Positions 47,777 through 57,953 of a stretch of 64,000 bases of DNA are shown here, piece after piece. Numbering within the stretch: the first letter of the stretch is position 1; the number at the start of each line of letters is the position of its first letter. The stretch is taken from assembly GCA_039811685.1 (NCBI GenBank), contig JBDHZC010000001.1, positions 832,001 to 896,000 of the forward strand, given 5' to 3'. The position numbers and the translations under genes are program-made. The stretch is from Armatimonadota bacterium (GTDB lineage Bacteria > Armatimonadota > UBA5829 > DSUL01). Below the pieces are notes generated by a model that was not told the DNA's origin, ran no database searches, and was given only the letters and a program-made list of their open reading frames with translations.

Positions 47777-49249
47777 TCAGTGCTCCTTATAGGGCGACAC
47801 AGGCGGCCCATCTGCATGCGTCTGCCGCCCCGGAGTGCCGGGCCGCGTCATCTGCCCTGGTGAAAGAATGCGAGCAAGCTCCTCTTCTGTAAGATAACCA
47901 CGCTCGAGAGCGACTTCCCGGACACTTCTCCCCTGCAATCCCGCCTCGCGCGCCACTTCTGTCGCTTTTTCGTAACCAATGTGCCCGGTCAACGCAGTGG
48001 CAAGACTCAAAGCCCCTTCAGCGAACTTCTCACAGCGCTGGCGATTGGCGACAATTCCGCGGATACAGTGGTCGGAGAAAAGCTTCGCAGCGCCGCGCAA
48101 CAGATCGAGGCAGCGCATAAGATTGTGAGCCATCGCCGGCACAAAAGCGTTCAGTTCCAGTTGTCCGTTCTGAGCTGCCAGCGTGATCGCGAGATCGCAT
48201 GCCTGAATCTGAATGGCAGCCTGAGCAACGGCCTCTGGAATCACTGGATTCACCTTACCTGGCATGATGGAGGAGCCCGCCTGAATCTCTGGCAGACCTA
48301 TCTCGGCAAAACCGGCGCGCGGACCGCTGGAAAGCAAACGCAGATCGGCGGATATCTTCATCAGGTTGACCGCCGCGGATTTTATGAGACCGGAGATCTC
48401 AGCAAATACGTCACAGTTCTGGGTGACGTCAACCATGTTTTCGGAGCGGACTATCGGCAGTCCAGTCAAGTCGCGCAGAATGTCAGAGGCGATGTAGATG
48501 TAGTGGGTGTTTGCGTTAATGCCTGTACCTACCGCCGTCCCGCCCAGATTGACCTGACGCAGTCTTTCGCCGACATTGTTAAGCCTCCACCAGTCCCGCT
48601 TAACAGCTTCAGCCCATGCTCCAAACTCCTGTCCGAGGGTAACAGGCACGGCGTCCTGCATTTCCGTTCTGCCAATCTTCAGGACATCGGCGAACTCCAC
48701 TTCTTTTTGCCGCAGGGCGTCCTGAAGGTCAGTTATCGCCTGCATCACCCCATCGAGAAGCCACAAACCGGCCACACGGACGGCAGTTGGAAACACATCG
48801 TTCGTGGACTGAGAGAGATTTACGTCGTCAAGAGGGTGAATGACGGAGTAATCGCCAAGAGCTCCTCCGAGGCGCTCGATGGCGCGGTTTGCGAGCACCT
48901 CATTCATATTCATGTTGGCTGAGGTTCCCGCCCCGCCCTGCAGCGCGTCTGTAAGGAACTGATCGTGGAGTTGACCGGAAGCTACGTCTTCGGCCGCTGC
49001 CGCAATTGCGTCAGCTTTTTCTGCGCTAAGGAGCCCGACGCGTTTGTTAGCCAGAGCGCACGCTTTTTTCACCAGCGCGAGAGCGCGAATCAGTTCAGGA
49101 TGAAGTCCCTCTCCGGCAAGGTGAAACACGCGGGATGAGCGCAAGGTATGGATGCCCCAGTAGACGTCGGCCGGCACCTCCAGACTTCCCAGTAAGTCAC
49201 TTTCGACGCGCACGTCCCGCTGTAGCTCATCCTGCGACTGCGTTGGCAT
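47777..49249 (-). CDS. aspA: Aspartate ammonia-lyase (aspartase/fumarase superfamily)
   Basis: RVESDLLG, QGGAGTSANMNMNEV, SQSTND, GRTEMQDA, GSSIMPGKVNP, GQLELN; ATG at 49249 after AAAGGAG. Confidence 0.88.
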   Translation of the reverse strand: MPTQSQDELQRDVRVESDLLGSLEVPADVYWGIHTLRSSRVFHLAGEGLHPELIRALALVKKACALANKRVGLLSAEKADAIAAAAEDVASGQLHDQFLTDALQGGAGTSANMNMNEVLANRAIERLGGALGDYSVIHPLDDVNLSQSTNDVFPTAVRVAGLWLLDGVMQAITDLQDALRQKEVEFADVLKIGRTEMQDAVPVTLGQEFGAWAEAVKRDWWRLNNVGERLRQVNLGGTAVGTGINANTHYIYIASDILRDLTGLPIVRSENMVDVTQNCDVFAEISGLIKSAAVNLMKISADLRLLSSGPRAGFAEIGLPEIQAGSSIMPGKVNPVIPEAVAQAAIQIQACDLAITLAAQNGQLELNAFVPAMAHNLMRCLDLLRGAAKLFSDHCIRGIVANRQRCEKFAEGALSLATALTGHIGYEKATEVAREAGLQGRSVREVALERGYLTEEELARILSPGQMTRPGTPGRQTHADGPPVSPYKEH

Positions 49250-49292
49250 AACAAAACTCCTTTGGACCGCCTCGATATTTTGTGCTGCCGCT

Positions 49293-50423
49293 TCAACTCT
49301 CCACATCCTGCCGCAAGGACTCCAATGCCGTGCTGGCCGGGTGAAGCTCACACTTTTTCGGCGAGTCTCCCCTGTCTCTGGCTATTTTGCGTCCAATTGA
49401 GGCGATACGAAACTCCAGACAGCCCTGACACAGCGTGGGGTCTTCGTTGATGCAGCGTTTGTTTGGGTAGATGGCATACAGTTCACGGCGGCCAACTGGA
49501 GTCCAGTTTGGCATGAGAACATTGGCGCCCGCCTGCAACGCTTTTTCCCGTCCGTACTCATCAATTGTGCCCATGGCTGTCGTGGCAGGAATCAACGAGT
49601 TCCGGGTTACGATGCGGCCGAGCGCGACACACTTCAGCGCCATCTGCAGTGTCCCACCGGGTTCATCTCCCAGAGGAGTATCCGGGGACGGAATAAACGG
49701 CCCGATTCCAAGCATATCCGGCTGGAAGCATTGCACGAAATCAATGTCCGCTGCCAGATCATCAAGCGTCTGACCTGGGACGCCCACCATAAACCCTATT
49801 CCAACCTGGTACCCGAGAGACTGCAGCTCACGGATGCAGGCCAGCCGCTTTGCAACGCTCGACCCACTGCCAAAAGAGCTGTAAAGGCGGGTGTTGACGG
49901 TCTCGTGCCGCAGAAGATATCTATCCGCTCCGGCCTGCTTCCACAGCGCATAGTCTTCTCTGGGCCGCTCGCCAACTGACAGCGTCAGAGCAACGTCTGC
50001 TTTGCTCTTGATCTCCCAGACAATCTGCGCCAGGACTTCAGCAGAGAACTTCAGATCCTCTCCCGACTGAAGAACCACTGTCCGATAGCCGTGCGCTTCA
50101 AGATCGAGAGCCACATCAACTATCTCGCGCGGGGTAAGGCGATAGCGCTGAACACGCTTGTTGTCCCTGCGCAACCCGCAGTAAGCGCAGTTTTTGCGGC
50201 AGTAGTTGCTGAACTCGACAAGCCCGCGCAGATGGACATCGTCACCGACCTCACAGCTGCGCACCGTATCCGCCGCATGTAGAAGGGCGGAAACATCCTC
50301 CGGGGCTTCCAATGCCAGAAGCGCCCTGATTTCACTCAGGCTGAGATGGCCATTTTCAACGCACTTTGAAAGGAGGGTCTCAAGCGCGACGCCCCCGTTT
50401 GCAGCTACCTCAGAGATAGACAT
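49293..50423 (-). CDS. hydE: [FeFe]-hydrogenase maturation radical SAM HydE
   Basis: LRGLVEFSNYCRKNCAYCGLR, VLQSGED, RYLLRHET, IGPFIP, PATTA, GANVLMPN, YAIYPNK. Confidence 0.93.
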   Translation of the reverse strand: MSISEVAANGGVALETLLSKCVENGHLSLSEIRALLALEAPEDVSALLHAADTVRSCEVGDDVHLRGLVEFSNYCRKNCAYCGLRRDNKRVQRYRLTPREIVDVALDLEAHGYRTVVLQSGEDLKFSAEVLAQIVWEIKSKADVALTLSVGERPREDYALWKQAGADRYLLRHETVNTRLYSSFGSGSSVAKRLACIRELQSLGYQVGIGFMVGVPGQTLDDLAADIDFVQCFQPDMLGIGPFIPSPDTPLGDEPGGTLQMALKCVALGRIVTRNSLIPATTAMGTIDEYGREKALQAGANVLMPNWTPVGRRELYAIYPNKRCINEDPTLCQGCLEFRIASIGRKIARDRGDSPKKCELHPASTALESLRQDVES

Positions 50424-51825
50424 CACGCTCGCCCGCCGCGACTCTGGCCAGCATCTTCTCTGTCACATTTCGCAGCCGTTCAGGAAGCTCGCTCAACTCT
50501 TTCTGAATAAGTTTCTCTCCCTGCGCTTTTGTCTCCTCATCTGCGTAGTCCAGGAGGTACTCTTTCAGACTGGCAAGCGCATTTGGCTGGCAGATGTCAT
50601 GGATTTTGCCACTCTTGGCAAGCTGCATGAAGCGGTCTCCGGTGCGCCCGGACCGGTAGCAGGCAGTGCAGAAGCTGGGGATATAGTCCCCTCTGACAAA
50701 AGTGTGCACCATCTCCCTAAGCGGGCGCTGATCCTGCAGCGAAAACTGCGCAAGAAGGTCCTCACGCGTCAGCTTCCCGGAGTCTGTGTAGCCACCAGGA
50801 GTTACCCGGCTGCCGGCAGAGGTCTGGGAGATACCGAGCGCAAAGAGCTGGTCTCGCAGCTCAGGAGACTCTCTGGTGCTGAGGATCATCCCTGTATAGG
50901 GCACTGCGACACGAAGCAGTGCCACGATTTTGCGAAAATCTTCATCGCTGACCATCCAGGGCGAATGATCTGACAAGGGCGCTCCCTCAGCGGGTTCCAG
51001 ACGTGGGACGCTGATGGTGTGAGGGCCGACATCAAACTTCGTCTCCAGATAGCGCGCGTGCCCCAGAAGGCCGACAACATCGAAGTGCCAGTCGTACAGC
51101 CCAAACAGTACACCCGTGCCAATGTCATCAATGTCAGCTTCCATCGCCCGATCCGGCGCCGTGATGCGCCAGTCATAATGAGACTTGGGGCCGCTTGGAT
51201 GCACCTCCTTGTAGGTCGGACGGTGGTAAGTCTCCTGAAAACACTGATACGTGCCGATGCCCGTTGCCTTCAGGCGGCGGAAATGGTCCACGGACAGGGG
51301 GGCGCAGTTGACATTGGCACGCCGGATAGTAGCCCCATCAGGAGCGGTAACGGAATAGACAGCGGCGACAGACTGCTCCAGATAGTCAATTCCTGTCGTG
51401 CGTGGGTCTTCTCCGGCTACCAGAAGCAGACGCTTGTGCCCCTGCTCCAGCAGCGCCATAACCTCCTGGTGAATCTCTTCCGGGGACAAAGACCGCCGCG
51501 TCATGGTCTCATTTGCATGACGGAAACCGCAGTACGTGCAGTTGTTGCTGCAAAAGCTGGAGATATAGAGTGGCGCGAAGAAAACCATCCTCTCGCCGTA
51601 GATGCGTTTCTTCAGCTCGTGCGCGGTATCCAGCAGACCAGTGACAATTTCCGGGGACTCACAGTACGCAAGCGCAGCCAACTCGACCAGAGTAAGCCCC
51701 TTGCCCAGGCGCCCATTCTCGAGAGCCGCCTCGCAGAACTCAACAGATTTGCTGCGCCCTTCTTCGAGGATATTCTCAATCTCGGTGTCGCTGAGCAAAC
51801 CGTACACCTTTTCTTTGATTTCCAT
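50410..51825 (-). CDS. hydG: [FeFe]-hydrogenase maturation radical SAM HydG
   Basis: FAPLYISSFCSNNCTYC, GHKRLLL, FQETYH, GPHTISVPR, auxiliary cluster PSFCTACYRSGRTG...C; ATG at 51825. Confidence 0.95.
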   Translation of the reverse strand: MEIKEKVYGLLSDTEIENILEEGRSKSVEFCEAALENGRLGKGLTLVELAALAYCESPEIVTGLLDTAHELKKRIYGERMVFFAPLYISSFCSNNCTYCGFRHANETMTRRSLSPEEIHQEVMALLEQGHKRLLLVAGEDPRTTGIDYLEQSVAAVYSVTAPDGATIRRANVNCAPLSVDHFRRLKATGIGTYQCFQETYHRPTYKEVHPSGPKSHYDWRITAPDRAMEADIDDIGTGVLFGLYDWHFDVVGLLGHARYLETKFDVGPHTISVPRLEPAEGAPLSDHSPWMVSDEDFRKIVALLRVAVPYTGMILSTRESPELRDQLFALGISQTSAGSRVTPGGYTDSGKLTREDLLAQFSLQDQRPLREMVHTFVRGDYIPSFCTACYRSGRTGDRFMQLAKSGKIHDICQPNALASLKEYLLDYADEETKAQGEKLIQKELSELPERLRNVTEKMLARVAAGERDVYL

Positions 51826-51983
51826 CGTGATCTCCGCGTGTTCAGTTGTGCAACACGGCACAGCGCAAGCACTGTCTGTGAGGGTATCCCACAGTGATAA
51901 TCCTCACACATTGACGCCTGCGCTGTGAAATCCGTCGAATAGTCAGCGGAGCATCGCTGCTTCGCACTCAGAGTCGTCGCCCG

Positions 51984-53741
51984 CTAGACACTGGCAGGCT
52001 CCAGATCTTCATCCTGCTCGTAAGCGTCTTTGGGCGTGTAGTGCGTGTGCAAAAGCTCATGGGACTTGTGACCAAGCGGCTCACCCAGGAACTCAGCATA
52101 CAACTCTTGAATGGCTGGATTCTCGTGGGATTTGCGCAGAACCATGTCGCGATCTATGGCGTAAATAGCTTCCGCGCGCTTCTTGCGGATCTCAGGCGTC
52201 GTCGGGTACGGCTGTCCACCGCCACCCAGACATCCGCCGGGACAGGCCATGACTTCGATGAACGTGTAGTCAGCTTCGCCGCTGCGCACCCGATCCATGA
52301 TCTCTCTGGCGTTGGCCAACCCGTGCGCGACGGCGGCTTTGACCGGCAGCCCATTGATGTCGATTGTCGCCTCTTTCACTCCGTCCATCCCGCGAACTGC
52401 GGTGATGTCAAGAGAGGGGACTTCCTTGCCGGTGATAACTTCATAGGCCGTCCTCAGAGCAGCCTCCATAACCCCACCGGTAGCCCCGAAGATAACGCCC
52501 GCGCCTGTGGTAATACCAAGCGGTTGATCGAATTCCGCGTCCGGCAACTCCGCAAGGTTGATGCCGGCTTCGTGCATCATCCCGGCAGCTTCGCGCGTGG
52601 TCAGCACATAGTCCACATCTTTGTAACCGCTGGAGCGCATCTCCGGCCGCTCACATTCGAACTTCTTTGCGACGCACGGCATAACGGAGACTACGACCAT
52701 CCGGGCCGGATCGATGCCGAGCTTCTGCGCATAGTACGTCTTTGCAACCGCGCCAAACATCTGCTGTGGGCTCTTGCACGAGGACAGGTGTCCAAGCAGA
52801 TCCGGGTAGAAGGTCTCGATGAAGTTCACCCAGCCTGGAGAGCACGATGTAATCATGGGTAGCTTGCCACCCTCAGATACGCGCTTCACCAGCTCATGCG
52901 CCTCTTCGACAATGGTCAGATCCGCGGAGAAATCCGTGTCAAACACCTTGTCAAAACCCATCCGCCTGAGAGCAGCCACCATCTTGCCCGTGACGCGCGT
53001 ACCCGGCGGCAGACCAAACTCTTCACCAATGGCAGCGCGCACGGCAGGAGCCGTCTGCACAATTACGTACTTATCTGGATTGCGCAGATCGTCCCAGACC
53101 GCGCTTGACGGGTTGACGGTTTCAAGCGCGCCGGTCGGGCAGTGGGCCACGCACTGACCGCAATATACGCACGCTGTGTTGGCCAGATCCTGTCCAAAAG
53201 CCGGACCAATCTCCGTATCCCACCCTCTGTTGGACGTAAAGATGCATCCAACGCTCTGAATCTGGTGGCACACTCTCACACAACGCTGGCACAGAACGCA
53301 TTTTTCAGGGTTGCGAATAATGCTGGGAGAAGAGACGTCGCTTTCGTGACGCCGTCTGGCTCCTTCGAAGGGCAACTGCCGAATCCCGACTTCCTGTGAC
53401 AACTTCTGCAACTCGCATGTCTGGTTGCGGGAACAGGTCAGGCAGTCAGACGGATGGTTGGCCAGAAGCAGCTCGACGACGATTTTTCGCGCGTCGCGGA
53501 CATTCGGGGTGTTGGTGTCAACAATCATTCCCTCCGCAACAGGCAGAGTGCACGACGTCGGAAGCACACGCTGACCCTTGACCTCAACGACGCAGATGCG
53601 ACACACGCCTTCCGGCTTCAAGTCCGGATGGGCGCACAGGGTGGGAATGTAGATGCCGGCTGCGGTAGCGGCCTCAAGGACTGTCTGCCCCTGCTCCGCC
53701 TGTACCGGACGGCCGTTAATTGTCAGTGTTACCTTAGCCAA
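51984..53741 (-). CDS. hydA: Group A multimeric [FeFe]-hydrogenase catalytic subunit (HndD/HydA-like)
   Basis: N-terminal [2Fe-2S], His-ligated cluster (HPSDCLTC..C), two ferredoxin-type clusters, H-cluster motifs TSCSPGW, MPCVAKKFE, EVMACPGGCLGGGGQ, C-terminal SHELLHT. Confidence 0.95.
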   Translation of the reverse strand: MAKVTLTINGRPVQAEQGQTVLEAATAAGIYIPTLCAHPDLKPEGVCRICVVEVKGQRVLPTSCTLPVAEGMIVDTNTPNVRDARKIVVELLLANHPSDCLTCSRNQTCELQKLSQEVGIRQLPFEGARRRHESDVSSPSIIRNPEKCVLCQRCVRVCHQIQSVGCIFTSNRGWDTEIGPAFGQDLANTACVYCGQCVAHCPTGALETVNPSSAVWDDLRNPDKYVIVQTAPAVRAAIGEEFGLPPGTRVTGKMVAALRRMGFDKVFDTDFSADLTIVEEAHELVKRVSEGGKLPMITSCSPGWVNFIETFYPDLLGHLSSCKSPQQMFGAVAKTYYAQKLGIDPARMVVVSVMPCVAKKFECERPEMRSSGYKDVDYVLTTREAAGMMHEAGINLAELPDAEFDQPLGITTGAGVIFGATGGVMEAALRTAYEVITGKEVPSLDITAVRGMDGVKEATIDINGLPVKAAVAHGLANAREIMDRVRSGEADYTFIEVMACPGGCLGGGGQPYPTTPEIRKKRAEAIYAIDRDMVLRKSHENPAIQELYAEFLGEPLGHKSHELLHTHYTPKDAYEQDEDLEPASV

Positions 53742-55378
53742 CTCAGTTGCTCCTGTTCATCAGTGACGGCACTTGTCATGTCACAGACACCCGTGGGACA
53801 GTGCCTGTCCAGCACGTGCGACTGGAACTCCTCCCGGAAGAGCTCCATACTTGAAAGCAAAGCGACCGGGGCAAACTGCCCCAGTCCACAGCGGGACGCC
53901 ATCCGCAGTCCCACTCCCAGACTGTCGACAAGATCCAGTTCAGAGGCCACGCCGACGCCCTTGGTCCATCCGTTCAGAATGTCCAGGAGCCGACGACCTC
54001 CTTCCCGGCACGGGACACACTGCCCGCATGACTCGTGCGCGAAGAATTGCGCGACATTAGCCACAATGTCAACAATGCAGCGTGTCTCGTCAAAAACTAT
54101 CAGCGCGCCCGCGCCAGGAGAAAGGTCTTCGAAGGCAAAAGCTCTGTCGAAGCTCTCCTGCCCAATCACAATGCCACTCGGACCGCCGACCATCACACCC
54201 TTAATATCCGCTGCGCCTCTCGGCCCTCCGGCAATGTCGTAGAGAACCTCGCGCACAGTGATGCCGTAGGGAACTTCAATGACGCCGGGAGTTAGCACAT
54301 CTCCACAAGGGGAGAAAATCTTGGTGCCCTTGCTCTGCTCAGTCCCAATGCTGCGATACCAGTCCGCGCCTTCCTGGATGATCGAGGGCACATTTGCGAG
54401 GGTTTCCACGTTGTTCACCAGGGTAGGCATACCCCACAGACCGTGAGTGACGGGAAACGGAGGCTTCAAACGCGGCTCACCCCGGTGCCCTTCGAGGGAC
54501 TCGATAAGAGCCGTCTCTTCCCCGCAGACGTACGCGCCAGCGCCCTTGTAAACGAATATGTCAAAGGCGAAGCCCGAGTCGAAGATGTTTTCTCCGAGCA
54601 GGCCCATCTGCCTGGCCTCGGCGATGGCGTTCTCAAAATTGTCCACGGACTGCCTGTACTCGCCGCGAATGTACACGTAGCCCCGGCGCGCGCCTACCGC
54701 ATAGCCGGAGATAACCATCGCCTCCAGCACTTTATGCGGGTCGCCTTCGAGAATCAGGCGGTCTTTGAAGTTGCCGGGCTCACCTTCATCCGCATTGCAC
54801 ACGACCACCCGCTCAGTTCCTGGAGCGTCTGCGACAAACTCCCATTTCAGGCCGGTGGGAAACGCCGCCCCGCCTCTGCCTCGCAGACCGGAGTCCTTGA
54901 TCTCCTCAACAGTCTGCATTGGCGTCATTTGCGTCAGAGCTTTGCCGAGCGCTTCATAACCGCCAACGGCGATGTACTCCTGAATGGAGCGGGGGTTGAT
55001 GACTCCGCAGTTTTTCAGCACGATCTTACGCTGCTTGCCAAAGTAGCTGACCCGCGCTTCGGGCTCAACTGGAGGCGCCTGCGGCCCCGTATAAACCAGA
55101 CGCTGAACAACACGCCCTTTGAGCAGGTGCTCTGAGACTATCTCGGCGATGTCGGAGCGCTGGACGCCCGCATAAATGATTCCTTCCGGATAGACCACCA
55201 TGGCCGGCCCATGATCGGAGACACCGAGACAACCTGTTTCAACGACTCGAATCTCATCTGCCAGACCACTCTGTTGCACCTGCTCGGTCAACAACTGCAG
55301 AAGCGCTCGCCCTCCGCGCATCTCGCATGTGTTTCCGCAACAGACTAAAACGTGTGCTCTATAAAATGGCATCTTCAA
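53729..55378 (-). CDS. NuoF/HydB-like FMN/NAD-binding subunit, short form lacking the C-terminal 2x[4Fe-4S] domain
   Basis: GLRGRGGAAFPTG, NADEGEPGNFKDR, YVCGEETAL, ESCGQCVPCREG; ends after HCPTGVC. Confidence 0.9.
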   Translation of the reverse strand: MKMPFYRAHVLVCCGNTCEMRGGRALLQLLTEQVQQSGLADEIRVVETGCLGVSDHGPAMVVYPEGIIYAGVQRSDIAEIVSEHLLKGRVVQRLVYTGPQAPPVEPEARVSYFGKQRKIVLKNCGVINPRSIQEYIAVGGYEALGKALTQMTPMQTVEEIKDSGLRGRGGAAFPTGLKWEFVADAPGTERVVVCNADEGEPGNFKDRLILEGDPHKVLEAMVISGYAVGARRGYVYIRGEYRQSVDNFENAIAEARQMGLLGENIFDSGFAFDIFVYKGAGAYVCGEETALIESLEGHRGEPRLKPPFPVTHGLWGMPTLVNNVETLANVPSIIQEGADWYRSIGTEQSKGTKIFSPCGDVLTPGVIEVPYGITVREVLYDIAGGPRGAADIKGVMVGGPSGIVIGQESFDRAFAFEDLSPGAGALIVFDETRCIVDIVANVAQFFAHESCGQCVPCREGGRRLLDILNGWTKGVGVASELDLVDSLGVGLRMASRCGLGQFAPVALLSSMELFREEFQSHVLDRHCPTGVCDMTSAVTDEQEQLSWLR

Positions 55379-55414
55379 TGACCCCCTGTCGCTCTGACAT
55401 CGCTCCCGCCAGGC

Positions 55415-55906
55415 TCACTGCTCCCTGTACTTCTGCAGCAACTGTGGCACCATCTCCGGCCGGAGATTGCCGTGGACCTCGTGGTCAACAATCATGGCTG
55501 GCGCTACTCCGCAGACTCCGAAGCAGCTCACCAATTCCAGCCCGAACACTCCGTCGGGAGTTACCTCACCAGGCCCGATCCCCAGCTCTTCCTGGATAGC
55601 ATCCAGAATGCCGGCGGCGCCGGTAATGTGGCACGGCGGGCTTTCGCACAGCCGAATAATGTGTTTGGCCCGGCTTTGCAGATCGAACATCGTGTAGAAC
55701 GATGCCGTCCCCCACACCTCGGCCACCGGCACATTCAGGGTCTCGGCTACCTCTTCCATCGCCCATCCTGGAATCTGTCCCAGCGTTTCCTGAACTGCGT
55801 GCAACATAGGGATCAGATTCGTCCTTACAGGCTCAAAGGCTTCAAGAGCGGTCCGCACCGCTTTTTCTTCTTCCGCCGAAGCGCAACACGTTTTCTCTAC
55901 AGCCAT
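55415..55906 (-). CDS. NuoE/HydC-like [2Fe-2S] subunit (second copy)
   Basis: GTASFYTMF, CESPPC...CFGVCGVAP. Confidence 0.9.
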   Translation of the reverse strand: MAVEKTCCASAEEEKAVRTALEAFEPVRTNLIPMLHAVQETLGQIPGWAMEEVAETLNVPVAEVWGTASFYTMFDLQSRAKHIIRLCESPPCHITGAAGILDAIQEELGIGPGEVTPDGVFGLELVSCFGVCGVAPAMIVDHEVHGNLRPEMVPQLLQKYREQ

Positions 55907-55999
55907 ACCGTGACTCCCAACCCACCGCGGACTCCCTCATCCGGGGTGACTCTTCAGGGCCAACAGAAACTCAGACAGACCCTCTGGCCGGCCCAGACA

Positions 56000-57823
56000 C
56001 TAGACTTTGATCACCGCATCGGTCCTGCAACGCGCCAGGCACTCTCCACACTTGATGCAGGCCTCCTGGTCAATGGTATGCACGCCCTTGAGCTCGCCAT
56101 GGATGGCGTTAGTCGGGCAATGCTTCGCACACAGCGTGCAGCCCGTGCAGTGCTCAGGCACGATGTCGTACTGGATAAGCGCCCGGCAGACTTTTGCGGG
56201 GCACTGTTTGTCAACCACGTGAGCGATGTACTCGTCACGGAAGTAGCGCAGAGTGCTCTGAACCGGATTTGGCGCCGTGATACCCAGTTGGCAAAGCGAC
56301 GTCTTGCTGATACCTCCGGCGAGCATCTCCAGCTTGCTGATGTCCGCAAGCTCACCTTTGCCCTCTGTGATGCGCGTGAGGATCTCGAGCATCCTCTTCA
56401 CACCCTCACGGCAAGGGGTACACTGGCCACAGGACTCATCCACTGTGAACTCGAGGAAGAACCTGGCGACGTCCACCATGCACGTGTCCTCGTCCATAAT
56501 GATCAGCCCGCCCGAGCCGACAATCGATCCGGCTTTCTGGAGCGATTCATAGTCCAGAGAGATGTCGAGCATGCTGGCGGGAATGCAGCCGCCGGAGGGG
56601 CCTCCGGTCTGAGCCGCCTTGAAGGCTTTTCCACGCGGGATGCCTCCGCCAATCTCAAAGACAACGTCTCTCAAGGTGGTGCCAAACGGGACTTCTATGA
56701 GGCCGGTGTTGTTGATGTTGCCAGCCAGGGCAAAAACTTTGGTACCCTTGCTCGTCTCTGTGCCAAAGGCAGAGTACCAGTCCGGGCCATGCTCGACGAT
56801 GACCGGCACAGACGCAAGAGTTTCGACATTGTTGATAATAGTCGGCTTGCCCCACAGGCCAGAGACGGCTGGAAAAGGAGGCTTCGGGCGGGGCTCACCA
56901 CGAAGCCCTTCGATTGAGTGCATGAGGGCAGTCTCTTCACCGCAGACAAAGGCCCCGGCGCCTTTGCGTATCTCGATGTCGAAGTCGAGCTTGTCAAAAA
57001 TACCTGCGCCAAGCAGCCCGAACTCGCGCGCCTGATCAATGGCAATTTGGAGGCGCTTGATCGCCAGCGGGTATTCTGCGCGAACATAAGCGTAGCCCTG
57101 TGTGGCTCCGATGCAGTAAGCCGCGATCGCGAGACCTTCGATGACGCTGTGGGGATCGCCTTCCAAAATGGAGCGATCCATAAAGGCACCCGGGTCTCCC
57201 TCATCGCCGTTGATGATCACGTATTTCTGATCAGCTTCAACCTCTTTGGCAAACGCCCACTTGCGGCCTGTGGGGAAACCAGCTCCACCGCGGCCTCTCA
57301 ACCCGGAGTCCAGGACCATCTGGATGACCTCGTCCTGTGTCATCGTCAGCGCCTTCGCCAGGGCGCTGTAGCCGCCCAGAGCAACGTACTCCTGGATGTC
57401 TTCCGGATTGATAACGCCCAGATTGCGAAGCGCTATACGCTGTTGCTTAGCGAAGAACGGATGCTCGGCAATGGTGGGAACAGTGTGCTCTTCAGGAGTG
57501 CGTGAAAGCAGTCTTTCGACAACTCGCCCCTTCAGCAGATGCTCGGTGACAATCTCTTCAGCGTCCTTTGGCTTGACCTTAACGTAGAAGGTTCCCTCCG
57601 GATATACGACCACGACCGGGCCGAGATCGCACGTACCCACACAACCGGTGTCAAACACGGAGACTTCGCAGGTCAGTCCCAGCTCGGAAATTTTGGCCTT
57701 CATCAAGGCTTCCATCTCCATCGCCCCTGAAGCGACGCACGCGGCGCCCGCGCATATAAGCACGTGAGACCTATCAACCGCTGTCAGTTTCGTCTGTTTT
57801 GCCTCTATGTCAGTCAACCCCAT
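56000..57823 (-). CDS. hydB: NuoF/HydB (HndC-like) FMN/NAD-binding subunit with C-terminal 2x[4Fe-4S] domain
   Basis: N-terminal thioredoxin-like CAGAAC..CVGTC, GLRGRGGAGFPTG, NGDEGDPGAFMDR, GGPSGGC, CGQCTPCREG, CTGCTLCAKHC and CIKCGECLARC. Confidence 0.93.
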   Translation of the reverse strand: MGLTDIEAKQTKLTAVDRSHVLICAGAACVASGAMEMEALMKAKISELGLTCEVSVFDTGCVGTCDLGPVVVVYPEGTFYVKVKPKDAEEIVTEHLLKGRVVERLLSRTPEEHTVPTIAEHPFFAKQQRIALRNLGVINPEDIQEYVALGGYSALAKALTMTQDEVIQMVLDSGLRGRGGAGFPTGRKWAFAKEVEADQKYVIINGDEGDPGAFMDRSILEGDPHSVIEGLAIAAYCIGATQGYAYVRAEYPLAIKRLQIAIDQAREFGLLGAGIFDKLDFDIEIRKGAGAFVCGEETALMHSIEGLRGEPRPKPPFPAVSGLWGKPTIINNVETLASVPVIVEHGPDWYSAFGTETSKGTKVFALAGNINNTGLIEVPFGTTLRDVVFEIGGGIPRGKAFKAAQTGGPSGGCIPASMLDISLDYESLQKAGSIVGSGGLIIMDEDTCMVDVARFFLEFTVDESCGQCTPCREGVKRMLEILTRITEGKGELADISKLEMLAGGISKTSLCQLGITAPNPVQSTLRYFRDEYIAHVVDKQCPAKVCRALIQYDIVPEHCTGCTLCAKHCPTNAIHGELKGVHTIDQEACIKCGECLARCRTDAVIKV

Positions 57824-57953
57824 CTAAGTCCTAGCCTTATCCAATTCGCAGGGTCGTCTTTGACTTCCAACTACTGCCTTCACATCCCTAACACCAGCCG
57901 CTTCGCTGACTGCAGAAACGCGGCGTCAAGAACGCCAGCGCCCAACTTTACAC

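Noticed and set aside
55472..56917. 481-aa plus-strand ORF, and other long antisense ORFs such as 1834-2814, 35507-36526 and 47981-48922
   Set aside because: Antisense to well-supported genes; treated as codon-bias shadows.
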